From contig NW_005434657.1 in the NCBI RefSeq assembly GCF_000315625.1, positions 286,045 to 350,044 of the forward strand: DNA of 64,000 nucleotides. The letters run 5' to 3'. Below the pieces are notes generated by a model, which was not told where the DNA came from, did no database searches, and saw nothing but the letters and a program-made list of their open reading frames with translations. This DNA is from Guillardia theta CCMP2712. Taxonomy: Eukaryota > Protista > Cryptophyta. Below, piece after piece: positions 1 through 24,640 of the stretch. The position numbers and the translations under genes are program-made. The first letter of the stretch is position 1. Every line of letters starts with the position of its first letter.

Positions 1-615
1 GCTCAAGCATCAGCGTCGGGTCGTCGCTGCTCGGGCTCACCTGCTACTTGCGTGCACCTGTACACTGAGCCGTCTAGGCTACATGCTCGACTTTGGCGCC
101 GAGTTTTCATCTTGCTGTTCAAGCCATGAAGGCTGGCAGGCCGAGGGTGGGAGAGGTAAGTCAGCACCGCCGCCTGCAGCACCAGCATGCCTCCCCCTGC
201 CCCTGTCAGCCAGCTCAGCCGCCCACGAGGGCATTAGCGCTTTCCCGGACCTACGAGGCAAGTCCGCCCCATGATCATTCATAGACAGAAAAACAATTTC
301 ACAGGACAAAATCTCAACAAGCGGGACAGCGAGGAGGACGTACGCTTACATGGTGCTGTAGGTTCGTTCTCCTCCTCCTCCTCTTCCTCCTCCTCCTCTC
401 CAACACTTGCGTCCTCTGGGTGTGCGGAGCAATTCTCTGTCAAGACACTACTCAGGCTCGTGCTCTCCGTCGCAAAGTGGCCTGATCGAGCCTGATCCAT
501 GTCTGCAGCAGACATGTCTGCTTGACAGCAGACGTGGAGGAGGTGGAGGAGGAGGAGGAGGAGGAGGAGAGGGAGGAAAGAGGAGGAGGAGGAGGAGGAG
601 AGGGAACAAGACCTA

Positions 616-3422
<2,807 letters not shown>

Positions 3423-3699
3423 GTCAGACAGCTGAAAGCATCAGATCCTTGCGGCACAAACTCGAATCGTAAGGAAAGGAGGCGGTGATTTCAATTTCCA
3501 CATCCTTTCCCTCTTGAAGTTCTCAAACGATCCTGCCTCTTGGCCTCTGAGTCTCGCATCACTTCTTCTTCTCTCCTCCATCTCCATCCTCCTTCGCCTC
3601 CGCTCCTCCCCCTCCCTCTTTCCACGCCCCCTCTCTTGCTCACCGCAACATTGCCATGGCGTCCTTATATCCCGGGATGATCCACCTCCCCCCACTGAC

Positions 3700-3935
3700 C
3701 TCGTCCCAAGCCCGGGCTGAAGCCCGGGCCTCTGCCGCCCGGGCACTGCGGCAGGCGGAGGCTCTGCCCGGGTCTGGCCTCGGAGGCTCAGTCCCTGTCG
3801 CCGGGAGTCCGGGCCAGTCCCCGCACTCGGAGGCCGCCGCGACCGTCCGAGGGGGCAGCCGCCGCCGCCGCCCGGGCAGAGGATTTGGCACAGGCCCGGC
3901 GGACTCCGGAGGCTCATCGGGCTGTAGCCGCTGAG
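3700..3935. other. Very GC-rich CCGG/GGCC island in a divergent intergenic region
   Basis: Dense cccggg/gccgcc/ccggg tracts. Similar islands at ~45580-45630 and ~54870-55245. Confidence 0.5.
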
Positions 3936-4183
3936 CACACCGTTAGCCACCAGACCAGCTCCCGAGTTGCATCCATGAATGGAGGCAGTGCTTCCATATT
4001 CGGAGCCTACTGCAGCCTGAGACTTCTTTGAGTAACAAATAGGTCCAGGGGTACTTCCGAAATGAGGGGTGGTTAGTCTATAGATTTGTTAGAAAGAGGG
4101 GGGTGAAGTGAGGATGGGGGTGGGGTTGGTGGGGGCCTGAAGGGGGGTGAAGGGGTTTGAGAGTCCCCGACACGGGAGACCTC

Positions 4184-4276
<93 letters not shown>

Positions 4277-4445
4277 TCTCTGTTTCCTGCTCCCGCTCCT
4301 CCCACTCCTGCTCTTTCTATTTTCCCTCAAGTTGGTTGCAAGACAGATTCCACCTTCACCTTACAGCAAACTTTGAAAACAGCAGCGTTGACTCTCGCGG
4401 TACAGGATCACATTCACAGCTCTGAATTCCTTCGCGTCAGCATAC

Positions 4446-4919
4446 ATGATAACTTTTCGCATTCCCTTCGAGACATTTGCACTGCAAAGAATCTTCTTCT
4501 TAGTTGTCTGCACACAGATTTTGGTTACAGTCTCGGCTGTACCTTCAATGCTGAATTGTAATCCTTTGACTCCAAACTTGCAGTACAGTCCCCACGGTGC
4601 AGTGACTATCGCGTCAAGCTCTTCCATCGCGTTCGTTCAGAATGGACAGACGTTCTCCTGCGGATCGAGTCTGCAAGCAGGAGGTCAGGCCACTGTGAGC
4701 TTTTCCAACCCTGGGAGGCAGTATCTTGTAGACGTCCTCTTCTCTTCCTCCGGTACTCCCATCAGCGGCGGGAGCTGCGGCGGCACAAGGATCATCAACA
4801 GCAACCCTACCATCAGTGTCCCTGCGTCAGGAACCATCACCATCAGAGCTGCCTGGGCCTCAAGCTCCGGGGGCAGAATCATGAGAACAGCTGATTGCAC
4901 GTTTCAAGTACAAAGCTCT

Positions 4920-4963
<44 letters not shown>

Positions 4964-5861
4964 CTCAACAACTACCTCCTCTTCATCTCCAGCTTCTTCC
5001 TCCAGCACTGGTTCTACAGCAGAATCGTCATCAAACTACAACTACGTCGAGTTCGTCTATAACTTGCCGTTGCCGTCCACACAGTTCGCAGGTAAGACGT
5101 GGTGTACCCCAGGTATTTGCTGACTTTTGCCTCCAGCTGCTGAGCAGAAAGCATACATCAAAGCTGTGGCCACAGCGGCTGAGGTCGCAAGCAGTCAGGT
5201 GTTTGACTTGAAATGTGGTTCTGAGCTCGCTGACATGCTGAGGAGGTGGTTATCTACTCAACTTCGCAGCTCATCATGCGAAGGAGGTATATATAATACA
5301 TCGGTTTGTTTCCGGGTGTTGGGTAAAGATGCCTTGCCAGTGTATCAGGGAAAAAGTTGCTGTCTGTCTCCCTTGCCGTGGATACTCGGGTACTACCTCT
5401 CTCCTAGATCGCTCGCTGTACTCACCTGTCAATCCCAGGTAGCTTCCACGGCTCAGACGTACGCCACGGTGATGCCGAGGACCAGCAAGCTGTTCAGTTC
5501 TGATTTCAACTGCGCAGGTACAAGCCAAGTTGACTCCGTCAAGAATAACGCAGGCGATTGTCAGTGAGGTAACTGGCGCAGTCATTCCTCCTCTTTCGGC
5601 TCGATTTCGCTGAGACTGTGCGAAGGGACTTCCTGCTGGGAAGGTCTTGAGCGGGGGAGCCACGTCAGGTATGGACCCCTCTCCTGCTGCCCCTGCTCGC
5701 TCCTAAACTTTCCATGCTACAGGAGTGCGCTCGCACCACAAAGAGGCCAGTCAAGTTGTTGGCTGCCTGCCCACGATTCCTAACATGCCTTGTTTCAGGG
5801 CCTGAGCTTTCTGCTCATTTCTTCAGTCGTTAGCGTGTTGTTGTTATCCCTGCACCTGTAA
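4446..5861 (+). CDS. Secreted/surface protein: signal peptide, Reeler-like domain, Ser/Thr linker, SEA-like module, hydrophobic C-terminus (GPI signal or TM)
   Basis: IFFLVVCTQILVTVSA signal; C..L......HG start and ITIRAAWASS end resemble Reeler; poly-Ser linker; spliced FAAAEQKAYIKAVATAAEVASSQVVI; last exon LSFLLISSVVSVLLLSLHL* (TAA 5859-5861). Confidence 0.6.
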
Positions 5862-6099
5862 GTCCCTTGAGTTCATGTGTAATCATCTCTTTATTCCAAC
5901 GCTCTGTTTTCTTTTGTGTAAATGTTTCATATCAAGGCCCGGCTGTTGTTTCCCCCCTGGAAACAAACTGAAAAAACACAGACATAAATGATTGCTCCAT
6001 CCGGTCCCGTGATTTGCTCTATCCCTGAACGGCGGACTTGGTTTCCATGACTTCCATGATAGCCCGATCATCGGGATCCCGATGTTCTTTGAACACCAG

Positions 6100-7720
6100 G
6101 TGCTTCACTAAGATCGATCGTCAAGACCAGAATCTCAGTGACCGAACCTACCTTTTTTGGAATTGAAAACGATCGAGACGCAAATCAGCAGAATAATGTA
6201 CAACGTCAACCTGTTGCAAATGGTCAAGGGCAGGTTTAACGACGGTCAGTCCTCAACCAAGGGATTCACAAAGTATCTCTCACCTCGTCTGCCGTGCGTC
6301 AACGAGCTGTATCCTTCTCGCGTCCACTAGCTCATGGGCATAATCCAGCTGGGCCTGTCCGTCAGTTCCCGACCTTCCACCTCACCCTCACCTTCTGATT
6401 GAGCAGGAACATTCGATGCCCCAACTCGAACTCAACCCATATCCGGTTGTACATCTCCTCCAATTCTGCGCGCTTTGTGATGAAACCAGCACTTTCGACT
6501 TCATGGAGTGTACCTGGTTTGTTCCAGTATGCTTTGGGTGTTTCCAGGCACCCTCGTAGATTGAGAACATCTCGTAGATACAAAATTTCTCCCATCTTCT
6601 GCAGAACGCGCCTAACAAAACACCTCTTCAGCCCGACACAGGTAGCGAGGCCAATCAGCGATGTTGCATACTTGTGGCCGGACTCTGAATGAGGGACAAC
6701 GTTCAGAATGATGTCCTGAGGCATGGCTTTCAAACTAGAGGACATCGTGAGCAGACAGCTTCCAAGGAGCACTGTGACATGTTCACCTCCTGACCAGCGA
6801 GTTCATGTAGATTTCCAATCTATCCATCTTCACGCTCCTTTGCAAACCATGCGAGAGCGCAACCTGCAGCGCTTGAAAATAGATTCGAGCACCGGTCGTC
6901 GACAGCACCTTCTCTAGAGTGTTCTGCTGTATGCTCCACGTCTCGTTGGACGTCTCGTCATGGTGTGACAGGACAAGCATGTCCAACGCTGATGCAGGAA
7001 TCAGGTGCTAACAACGTGCTTGCCAAAGAGTCTAAGAACCTTTGTCATAACCAAACTTCTCTCCGAAGCACCACTTCAGCTCCTCTCTCGAAGGCCCCTG
7101 GACTGGACAACAGATGAGGAGCAATCACCATCTGCAGTTCAAACCACCAGCCCCGATGATCGAAGGGAGGAACAGCTCATCTGTTCGAGTTTCCCGGAAA
7201 GGTTGAACGATAGATAGGATCTTGTTCTCATATTCCGCAGGAAACCCCCACAGCACCTGGTAGCCAAAAGATGAGATCAGCATGGCAGCGGCAGCTCATG
7301 GAAGCACGCTACACCATGGACCCGTCCTTGAAGATGAAGATGTCGCTGTTTCCGGTCTGGAAAGTACATCGTCAGAACGCAAACTTTCCTCACGCTGTTT
7401 CATCCCACCTTGTCGTCCATCGCTGGTGCCTTCTTACGGCTCGCGGAAGTCTTCTTCCCCTGGTTCAACGACACCGCGATGTGTGCCACCTCCGAGAAGA
7501 AAAGTTTGGGAATGCCGCCGAAGGTGTTGTTCAAAGCGTGAGCCGCTCCATGGAAGTCGAAGCCCTCGCCAGTAGCGCTGAAACAGAACGCCACGAGCCA
7601 TCTAGGGTTGCAGCTGTATCGATCCTCTTTCGACGATGTCAGGGTGGAGATCTTCATGGCGTTCAGAGGTCGAAACAGGCGCCTCATCCCCAGCACGCTC
7701 GCCTTTGTGCACGACATGTG
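6100..7720 (-). CDS. Multi-exon hypothetical protein (N-terminal part weakly FIST-like)
   Basis: Coding-like ORF segments 7400-7777, 6783-6986 and 6362-6772 bounded by GT/AG. WLVAFCFSA..FDFHGAAHALNNTFGGIP loosely resembles FIST_N. Confidence 0.5.
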
Positions 7721-8619
7721 GTCCGTTGGAAGAGCGAGGGGTGTGAAAGGATGACAGAGAGGAGAGGAGAGGAGCAAAGGAGGAGGGAAGGAGGGGATAT
7801 GGAAGGGAGGAGGAGGAGGAGGAGGAGAGACGGTAGGAAGGAGGAGGAGGGGAGACGGTAGGAAGGAGGAGGAGGGGAGACGGTAGGAAGGAGGAGGAGG
7901 AGCTGCTACGTTCTCATCCCCCTCACCCCTCCTGCGCAGTCGCCTGCACCTGCATTCCTGAAGGCTCCGACAGCCGCCGTAGGTTATTCAGGCTCCCCTC
8001 AGAGCATTCAGTAGAATTTGGAAAAGGCAGAGAAAGTGGAGTGGTACAGGGGGTACTACATGAAGGAGGGGTAAAAAATAAGGGGTGGTCAGGGTCAGCA
8101 AAGAAATCATCAATGTACAAAGGGGTACAATCATACGAAAAATAAGGGGTAATGGTGGTATAGAAAGGACCTATAGGGTAGGTGGATTGATTAGCAGCTC
8201 ACGGGTAGGGTGGGGTACCTCTTGAGAGAAAGGCAGTAGAGGATCCTTGTCAAACATGTCGGATGCAATCGAAGAGTTGCGGGGGAGGGGAGGAGGAGGA
8301 GGAGAAGGAGGAGGAGGGGGGGAGGGGGGGGTGATGAGAGGGAGGGTGGAGGATGAGGATGAGGAGGAGGAGGAGGAGGAGGAGGAGGGAGGAGAAAGTC
8401 AAGACGGGGAGAGAGGGAGGAAGAGAAGGAGGATAGGGACAAGAGGGAGGAGGGCAAAGAGGAGGTTAAGGTATGTGAGAGTGAGGGTTGTGTTTACAGG
8501 GCCAAAGGAATTAGCAGAGTTAGGTAGCAGAGTTCAGGAAGTACTTTGAAACGCTTCTCTGATCTCGTTTGGCAGCTCAGTAATGTTGTAATCCCCATCA
8601 CCAGCAATCTTGTGGAGCG

Positions 8620-11600
8620 ATGGATCGTCGGCAGCTCATCGCCATTACTTTGGCCTTTGTGTGCTTGGGGATCTTGATAGCTGAACTGCTCGTCTACAAC
8701 ATCGGCAGAAGCTTAAGGATCCTCAAGGAGCCGCCGCAATGGGGGCTGACCAAGTTCCTGATGCGCCTCGGGCTCCTGCGAGCGAGGGGAAGGAATGAGG
8801 TGCGAGTAAGCTCACGCCCCTTGCTTCTTCATCACCCCCGTGCTCTTCCAGCTGCCGCCGCCGAAGATGACGAAGGAGGAGAAGTTCGTCATGGTGGTGA
8901 CCATTCTTGAGCTGGCCCTGGGACTGGTAAGTGGTGCTGTGCCTCTGATTCCTTGTTGTTGTCATGCCATGTGAAATGCTCTCCCCGATTGCAGGTCAAC
9001 TTCGTCGCAGCATGGCTTGCCACGAGCTTGCCGCTGTATGGCATCCAGAAGACTTGCGATTACGGGATAGAGATGGAGAACAAGTGCTCTGACATGCAGA
9101 AGGGTTGCAACCTGAGGTGCGGGGGGCCAGACTTCAAGACCTGCGGGTCTCAGACCTGCAATGTGGACTTCTGCTCTCAAAACTTCGGCCTGATCTTGGA
9201 GGTGTGCCCACTGAGAGGTTATGTGGTGAGCGAGCGCTGACTTGACATCTTGCAGCCGATCGCCGACGCTTCTGACTTGTGGAGCAAGCTGAACAACGAG
9301 ATCACAAACGTCCAGTGTATCGCCAACCTCATCGGTGTCCTCTTGTCTTGGGCCATCGTCGCCGTTCCGGGCCTTCTTGCAGCTCTCCGCACGTCAGTGG
9401 AAGCTCTGATGTTTGCCAACATGTCTTCGGCGTGCTGCTCTCCCCTCTTCCTGGGGCTGGGACTCTGGATTATCATGTACACCAAACAGATCAAAGACGC
9501 GTGCGGGAAGCATCCCAATAGCCCCACGCTCTCGTGCAGTGACTCGATCGCCGAGGGCCTCTTCGATGCGCTGTGCGCACAGAACGACTTCGGGATAGGG
9601 CTGACGGAGTCCTACATCCTGCTGTCCTCCGTCACCCTCATCATCCAAGGGTTCGCTTGCGCCATCTTCTCCACGGTGATGTACCTACAGCGGAACGCGT
9701 TCGTGGCGCACAACAAGAGGAGGCTGGAGCTGTTCAAGAGCGCGGTCTCGTTCGAAGAGATGATTCGGAGCGAGAAGAGGCAGAACGCGCAGCGGCAGCA
9801 GGAGCGAAACATAATCGACAAGACTCTCGTCTTCAACGAAGGGTTCGTCCAGTTCCCCGGGCTGCTGCAGATCTTCAAGGGCCACACCCGGGGCGTGAGC
9901 TGCATGCAAGTGGTAGAGTTCAACGGCAGGTCGTGCATGATCACAGGCAGCCAGGACGGCAGCATCTTGATCTGGTCGATGGAGACAGGTACCTACCTTC
10001 GCAGGATCTCCGCGCACTTCTCCTCGGTGGTCGGCGTGAAGGCCTTCTGGAAGTTTGACGTCAACCGGCAGTGCAGGAAGTCGCGGGTGATGTACAAGAC
10101 GACATCCCCCATGTGGGACGAGACGGATGCTCAAACGTTCCACATCAAGTCGGACAACCAGCTCATCTGGGTCAACCTCTATGACGCGAAGAGGTATGGC
10201 AACGACGAGCTGATCGGAACTTGCACGTTCCTCCTCTCGGAATACAAGAAATCTTCCAGAGATTTCACGAACGTTTTGTCTTTGAAGTTGTACGACTTGT
10301 CCGAGTTCGCTGGGCAGACGACGCAGGAAACTTCTGACAAGCCGATGGAAAGTCACCAGGTGAAACCCTCCACCTCCTTTCTCGTCTTCCTATGTCTAAT
10401 CGCCTCCTGCTTCTCCTCCTCTCGGTCCTTTCTGCCCCCTTCCCGCTTCGTTCCTTGTCTCGTCCTCGTTCGCCTCTTTCTCCTCCTTCCTCTGCCTTTC
10501 TTCTCGTCCTTCTCATCCTTCGCCAGATCTTCTCCTATGGCAAGTTGGTCGCCGGGATGAGCAGCCAGCCTGAGAGCAACAAGACGTCTGGACTTCCGCC
10601 TGCTGTCCCGTTGGTGGGAACGATCGTGTTGAGGCTGGACTACAAGGAAGATCCGAAGAGCTTCAGCCTGGTCCCCTTTGAAGCCAGGATCATGACGGAG
10701 GGTTTCCTCTCCTCTTGCAACCCTTACCTCCAGTTCAACGTGGAGGAGACTCCGAGCCAACACTTCGTGTCGGCGGGAGATGACGAGTGCAAGCTGTGGT
10801 GCATGGAGACCGGGAGGTGCCAGATGGTGTACAAGGGCCACTCGAACCTCGTGACGTGCGTCGAGGTGCTGAGAGTGATGAACAGGGACGGGGAGAGGAA
10901 CTTCCTCCTTTCTGGCTCTCAGGACTGTACCGTCCGCCTCTGGAGCATGCTCAAGGGAACGTGTCTGAAGATCTTCACAGGGCACCTCGACTCCGTGACT
11001 TCCCTCTGCATCCACAACAAGTTGGACAAGGAGGAGGAGCAAGTGGACTACACGGACTACCAGGAGGACGTGGAGGTGAGGATGAAGCTCCGGTGCAGGG
11101 AGAGGGAGAGCGCGGATCGCATCTCCTACACCGTCGACGTCAACATCGAGAGGCTGCGAAACACGCAGAGGCTGGTCGACAAGGACGTGAAGAGCGTGTG
11201 GCTGACAGTTGCGTGCGGCTCCTCCTCCTTCTCCACCAGGTCGAGCTCTCTCCGATCCAACTGGATCTTCGAGGAGAAGTACACCTTCGAGGAAGTGAGC
11301 AAGTTGGACCAGCTGGTCTTCGTCCTCTATGCTGGGGGGAAGCTGGGGATGAAGAAGTACCTGGGATACGTCGAGTTCGAGGCAGAGGAGGTCATAGCTA
11401 ACGGAGGGGAGGAGGTGGACGAGGACTGGTACCCCGTCAGCTTCTTCCCTAGGAGCAGCTTCTCCCTCTTCACCGGCACGGGGAACGCGGAGGGCAAGGT
11501 TCGGATGTTCGACGTCCGGACGGCCGTCTGCGTCACGGAGGCAGGGGCGCATTCGAGCATGGTCAGCGCCCTGGTGATCGCGGACATGTACGGGAAGCAG

Positions 11601-12530
11601 AGGCTCTTCAGCTCCTCCTGGGACCGCACGATCAAGATCTGGAAGTTCACCCCGAGCTCCATGGAGTGCGTCCGCAGCATCGCGCTGGAGACTGACGTGC
11701 TGAGCATCTGCGTCGACCGCCTGCAGACCCCCTACACGTGGGTCATCACCGGATGCAGCGACTGCACTGCCAAGATGGTGAAGCTGCCGGTGGAGGACGT
11801 CGGGAGCTCGCGGTGGAAGAAGGTGCTGGGGAGCATGCTTGACAGCCCGAGGCTCTTCTTCGTCATCATGACTTGCATCCTGGTGGACATGATGTCCGGG
11901 ATCCTGACGGACTTCGCCATCTCCTCGGACAGGAAGGACTGCTTCGGGAGAGATTCCTACGTCTCCCTTGCCATCACAGGCTCCATCCTTGCTTTCTTCC
12001 TCATCGAGCTCCTCCTGCGCATGCTCGTTCACGGCAAGAGCTTCTTCGTCCCCTGCTCCAACTGCCTGTGGAACTACCTCGAGGTCCTCATCATTACCGT
12101 CAGCATCGCCGTTGTCGCCTTCAAGGCTTACAGTGACTGGACCACGAGCGTCCCAGCAGGAGCAGAGCACCCGGTGATCAGCTGCCACAACCACCCCGAA
12201 CTGTGCGGAGACGCCTGCGCCACCACCACCACCACCACCACCACCTCCACCTCCTCCTCCTCCTCCTCCTCCTCGCCGATCAATCTCAAGGCCATGCAGA
12301 AGTCTTTTACAGCTGCGAGGATCATCTCGAGAATCGCCATCGGTCTCAGGATCCTCCGCATCATCGCAAAGGCCTCGCAGCTCGCTCGCTCCTACCTCGG
12401 CAAGACAGTTGCGACGTTCCATGGGCACGAGAAGCGGGTGAACGTGGTGGCTGTGGCAGGAGGAAGGGAGCAGCGGATCTTGACAGGCTCGGAGGACGGA
12501 TACGTCCGCCTATGGGATGTGGCGTCTTGA
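8620..12530 (+). CDS. Membrane protein: ~5 N-terminal TM helices with Cys-rich loops, then a 7-blade WD40 propeller with two inserted C2 domains and an inserted S1-S4 voltage-sensor domain
   Basis: Introns at ~8800-8851, 8927-8994, 9202-9255 and 10360-10526 join the ORFs. WD repeats start GHTRG, AHFSS, GHSNL, GHLDS, AHSSM, (LETDV) and GHEKR. C2 motifs KTTSPMWDE..VNLYD..DELIG and IFEEKYTF..VFVLY..KYLG. VSD S2 FFLIELLLR, S3 WNYLEVLII, S4 ARIISRIAIGLRILRIIAK. Confidence 0.85.
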
Positions 12531-12962
12531 GGGGGAGGAGCCGGAGAAGAGGAGGGGAGAGGAGAGAGAGCGAGAAAGTTGACAGAGAAAGGTGGGTCAA
12601 AGGAAGAAACGCGAGGGAGAGAGACGAGGAAGGGGAGGCCTGACACGTAGGACAGACAGATGCGATGGTGCTTGAGGAGGAAGAGGAGGAGGAGGAGGAG
12701 GAGGAAGAGGAGAAGGAAGAGGAGGATGAAGAGGAGGATGAAGAGGAGAATGAAGAGGAGGAGGAGGAGGAGGAGGAGTCATAAATGGATCATAAAATGA
12801 AGCGTCAGCTCATAAAAATCTTTATGTGTGTAGAAATCGGTCGTCCTCGTCGGGCGCGCTCCTTGGGGAAAGAGAGGCATCCATGCTCTATGAGGGGAAG
12901 GGTTGTGAGCATCGGGAGAGTAGGAAGGGAGCAAAAGTAGTGAAGGAGACAGAAGGGAAGAA

Positions 12963-13238
12963 GAGGAGAGGAAAGGAGTGAAGGCCATAGATGGGAAGAA
13001 GAGGAGAGGAAAGGAGTGAAGGCAATAGATGGGAAGAAGAGGAGAGGAAAGGAGTGAAGGCCATAGATGGGAAGAAGAGGAGAGGAAAGGAGTGAAGGCA
13101 ATAGATGGGAAGAAGAGGAGAGGAAAGGAGTGAAGGCCATAGATGGGAAGAAGAGGAGAGGAAAGGAGTGAAGGCAATAGATGGGAAGAAGAGGAGAGGA
13201 AAGGAGTGAAGGCAATAGATGGGAAGAAGAGGAGAGGA
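12963..13238. repeat. 38-bp minisatellite, ~7 copies
   Basis: Unit gaggagaggaaaggagtgaaggc(c/a)atagatgggaagaa starting at 12963, 13001, 13039 and so on. Confidence 0.95.
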
Positions 13239-13517
13239 GTGTAGAGATTAAATGAGGTGTGATGAGAGAGGAAGGGAGAGGAGGAGGGAGGAGAGGAAGA
13301 AGGGGAGAGGAGGAGGGAGGAGAGGAAGAAGGGGAGAGGAGGAGGGAGGAGAGGAAGTAGGGGAGGGGAGGAGGGAGGAGAGGAAGAAGGGGAGGGGAGG
13401 AGCTTGCCTGAAGGCTTCGGACGCTGGAAGTGTCGGTGGTTGGACGGCCAAGGGGAGTAGAAGCGGAAAGGCTAGGTGGATTCTGCTTCTTTCCTGCAGG
13501 AAGCCGAGTTTCAGAAG

Positions 13518-23380
<9,863 letters not shown>

Positions 23381-23839
23381 TTTATAGTTACAATGCGCTA
23401 CCTGGGCATTTCTTTACTTGAAGGACGATGTCAAACAACATGGTGAACCAAGCCATTTCGCTGTGATCGGTGAAAGTAGCCTGTCAAAAAGCAGTGTCAA
23501 CACTAAAAAACAATTCTATCCATGCATTGTCACACTCAGGCTTACACTCCTTGTTTGTCCTCCTCAAATCATCAACCAATGTGATGGTTGAGGGTCAATG
23601 TCAACTGATCTGTCTAGTTTGGTTGACGCAGTGGTGTTCCTCCTCCACCCCCTCACTTCCCCCTCCTCCTCCTCTTCCTGCACCCCTCGCTGTCCGTCCC
23701 CCTCCTGTCTCGGCATCGGCCGGGAATCGGACACAGTGACAGCTTGTCACTGACCGTTATGAAAAGTTTGACTGAAACATTTAGTTAAAAAAAGGTGATT
23801 CTCGTCGATTCAAATTGATTCAATTCATTTTAGTTTTTG

Positions 23840-24640
23840 ATAGTCCACCCCTGCCACTCGAACCACATGTACCCCCCCACGCACCAGGCCTACCCCTCCT
23901 CCATAGGAAACCTAAAAGTCCCACCCCAGAAGGTCCCTGTCGGAAAATGAAAATAGACTGGGGCTGACCCGAATGCAAGGGGTGGTGGATAAAAGGACTA
24001 GCGAGAAGGGGTGGTCGGGGGGGTGGTTGTTGGCGGATGGGATACGGGTGGGGTCAGCTTTCTGTTGGTATCAGTAGCGGTACCCTTGAGACGGGGGTGA
24101 TGAAAGCTGGAGGAGATGGTAGGGGTAGCAGGTGTTGACATGTGAAACACTGGAAGGCGGCAGAAGGCCGAGTAGGGTAGGTAGTATGCGTCGTGAAGGG
24201 GTGGTTGAAACTACACTGGTGGGGTTATGGGGAAGTAAAGTAGGTGGGGGAACGGGGTGGACAGAGGAATCGGGGGTCACAGGACCCCTGGAAGGGTTCA
24301 ACTACCACGGGTCCCTGATAAAAGGTTTCGAGATAATCGAGATGCTGGTATGCATGGGTAGGGTAGGTTGGTCCGTTGGTGCACCAGGGTTGTTGTGTGC
24401 CCAGGAAGGGACGGAACGGGGGTGGTTTTCGTTTCGGAAAGATGGGTACTAAACATCCTTTATAGGGAAAGGGGTGGGTGGTATATTCGAACGGGTGTAG
24501 TCCTCCGCAGGGGTAAGGGGTGGGGGGGGGGGTAGTGGGTGGGGTGGAGAGGGGAATTTGAAACAGCAGAGGGCGGGAAGGCATGGCGGTTGGTGCAGCG
24601 GATGAGAGCGGGGTACCGCTTGCTGGATGAGAGAAATGAT
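23840..24640. other. GGGGT(A/G)-rich non-coding block (largest of seven in the window)
   Basis: Dense non-tandem ggggta/ggggtg/gggtag motifs. Similar blocks at ~4045-4160, 7920-8230, 32690-33310, 42600-43020, 45860-46140 and 55290-55435. Confidence 0.7.

Noticed and set aside
11850-12390. Calling the voltage sensor an Hv1 proton channel
   Set aside because: S1 has an Asp, but S4 lacks the Hv1 RxWRxxR signature (it reads RILRIIAK) and there is no C-terminal coiled coil. Proton conduction remains untested.
10353-12428. 691-aa minus-strand ORF and other long antisense ORFs (15906-17153, 51508-52620)
   Set aside because: These are shadows of GC-rich coding sequence on the opposite strand and carry no motifs.
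12963-13238. CRISPR-like array
   Set aside because: Units are contiguous with no unique spacers, no cas genes are present and the context is eukaryotic.
23840-24640. Interstitial telomeric repeats or coding ORFs in the G-rich blocks
   Set aside because: No fixed tandem unit, and the ORFs are low-complexity Pro/Gly-rich with no family signal.
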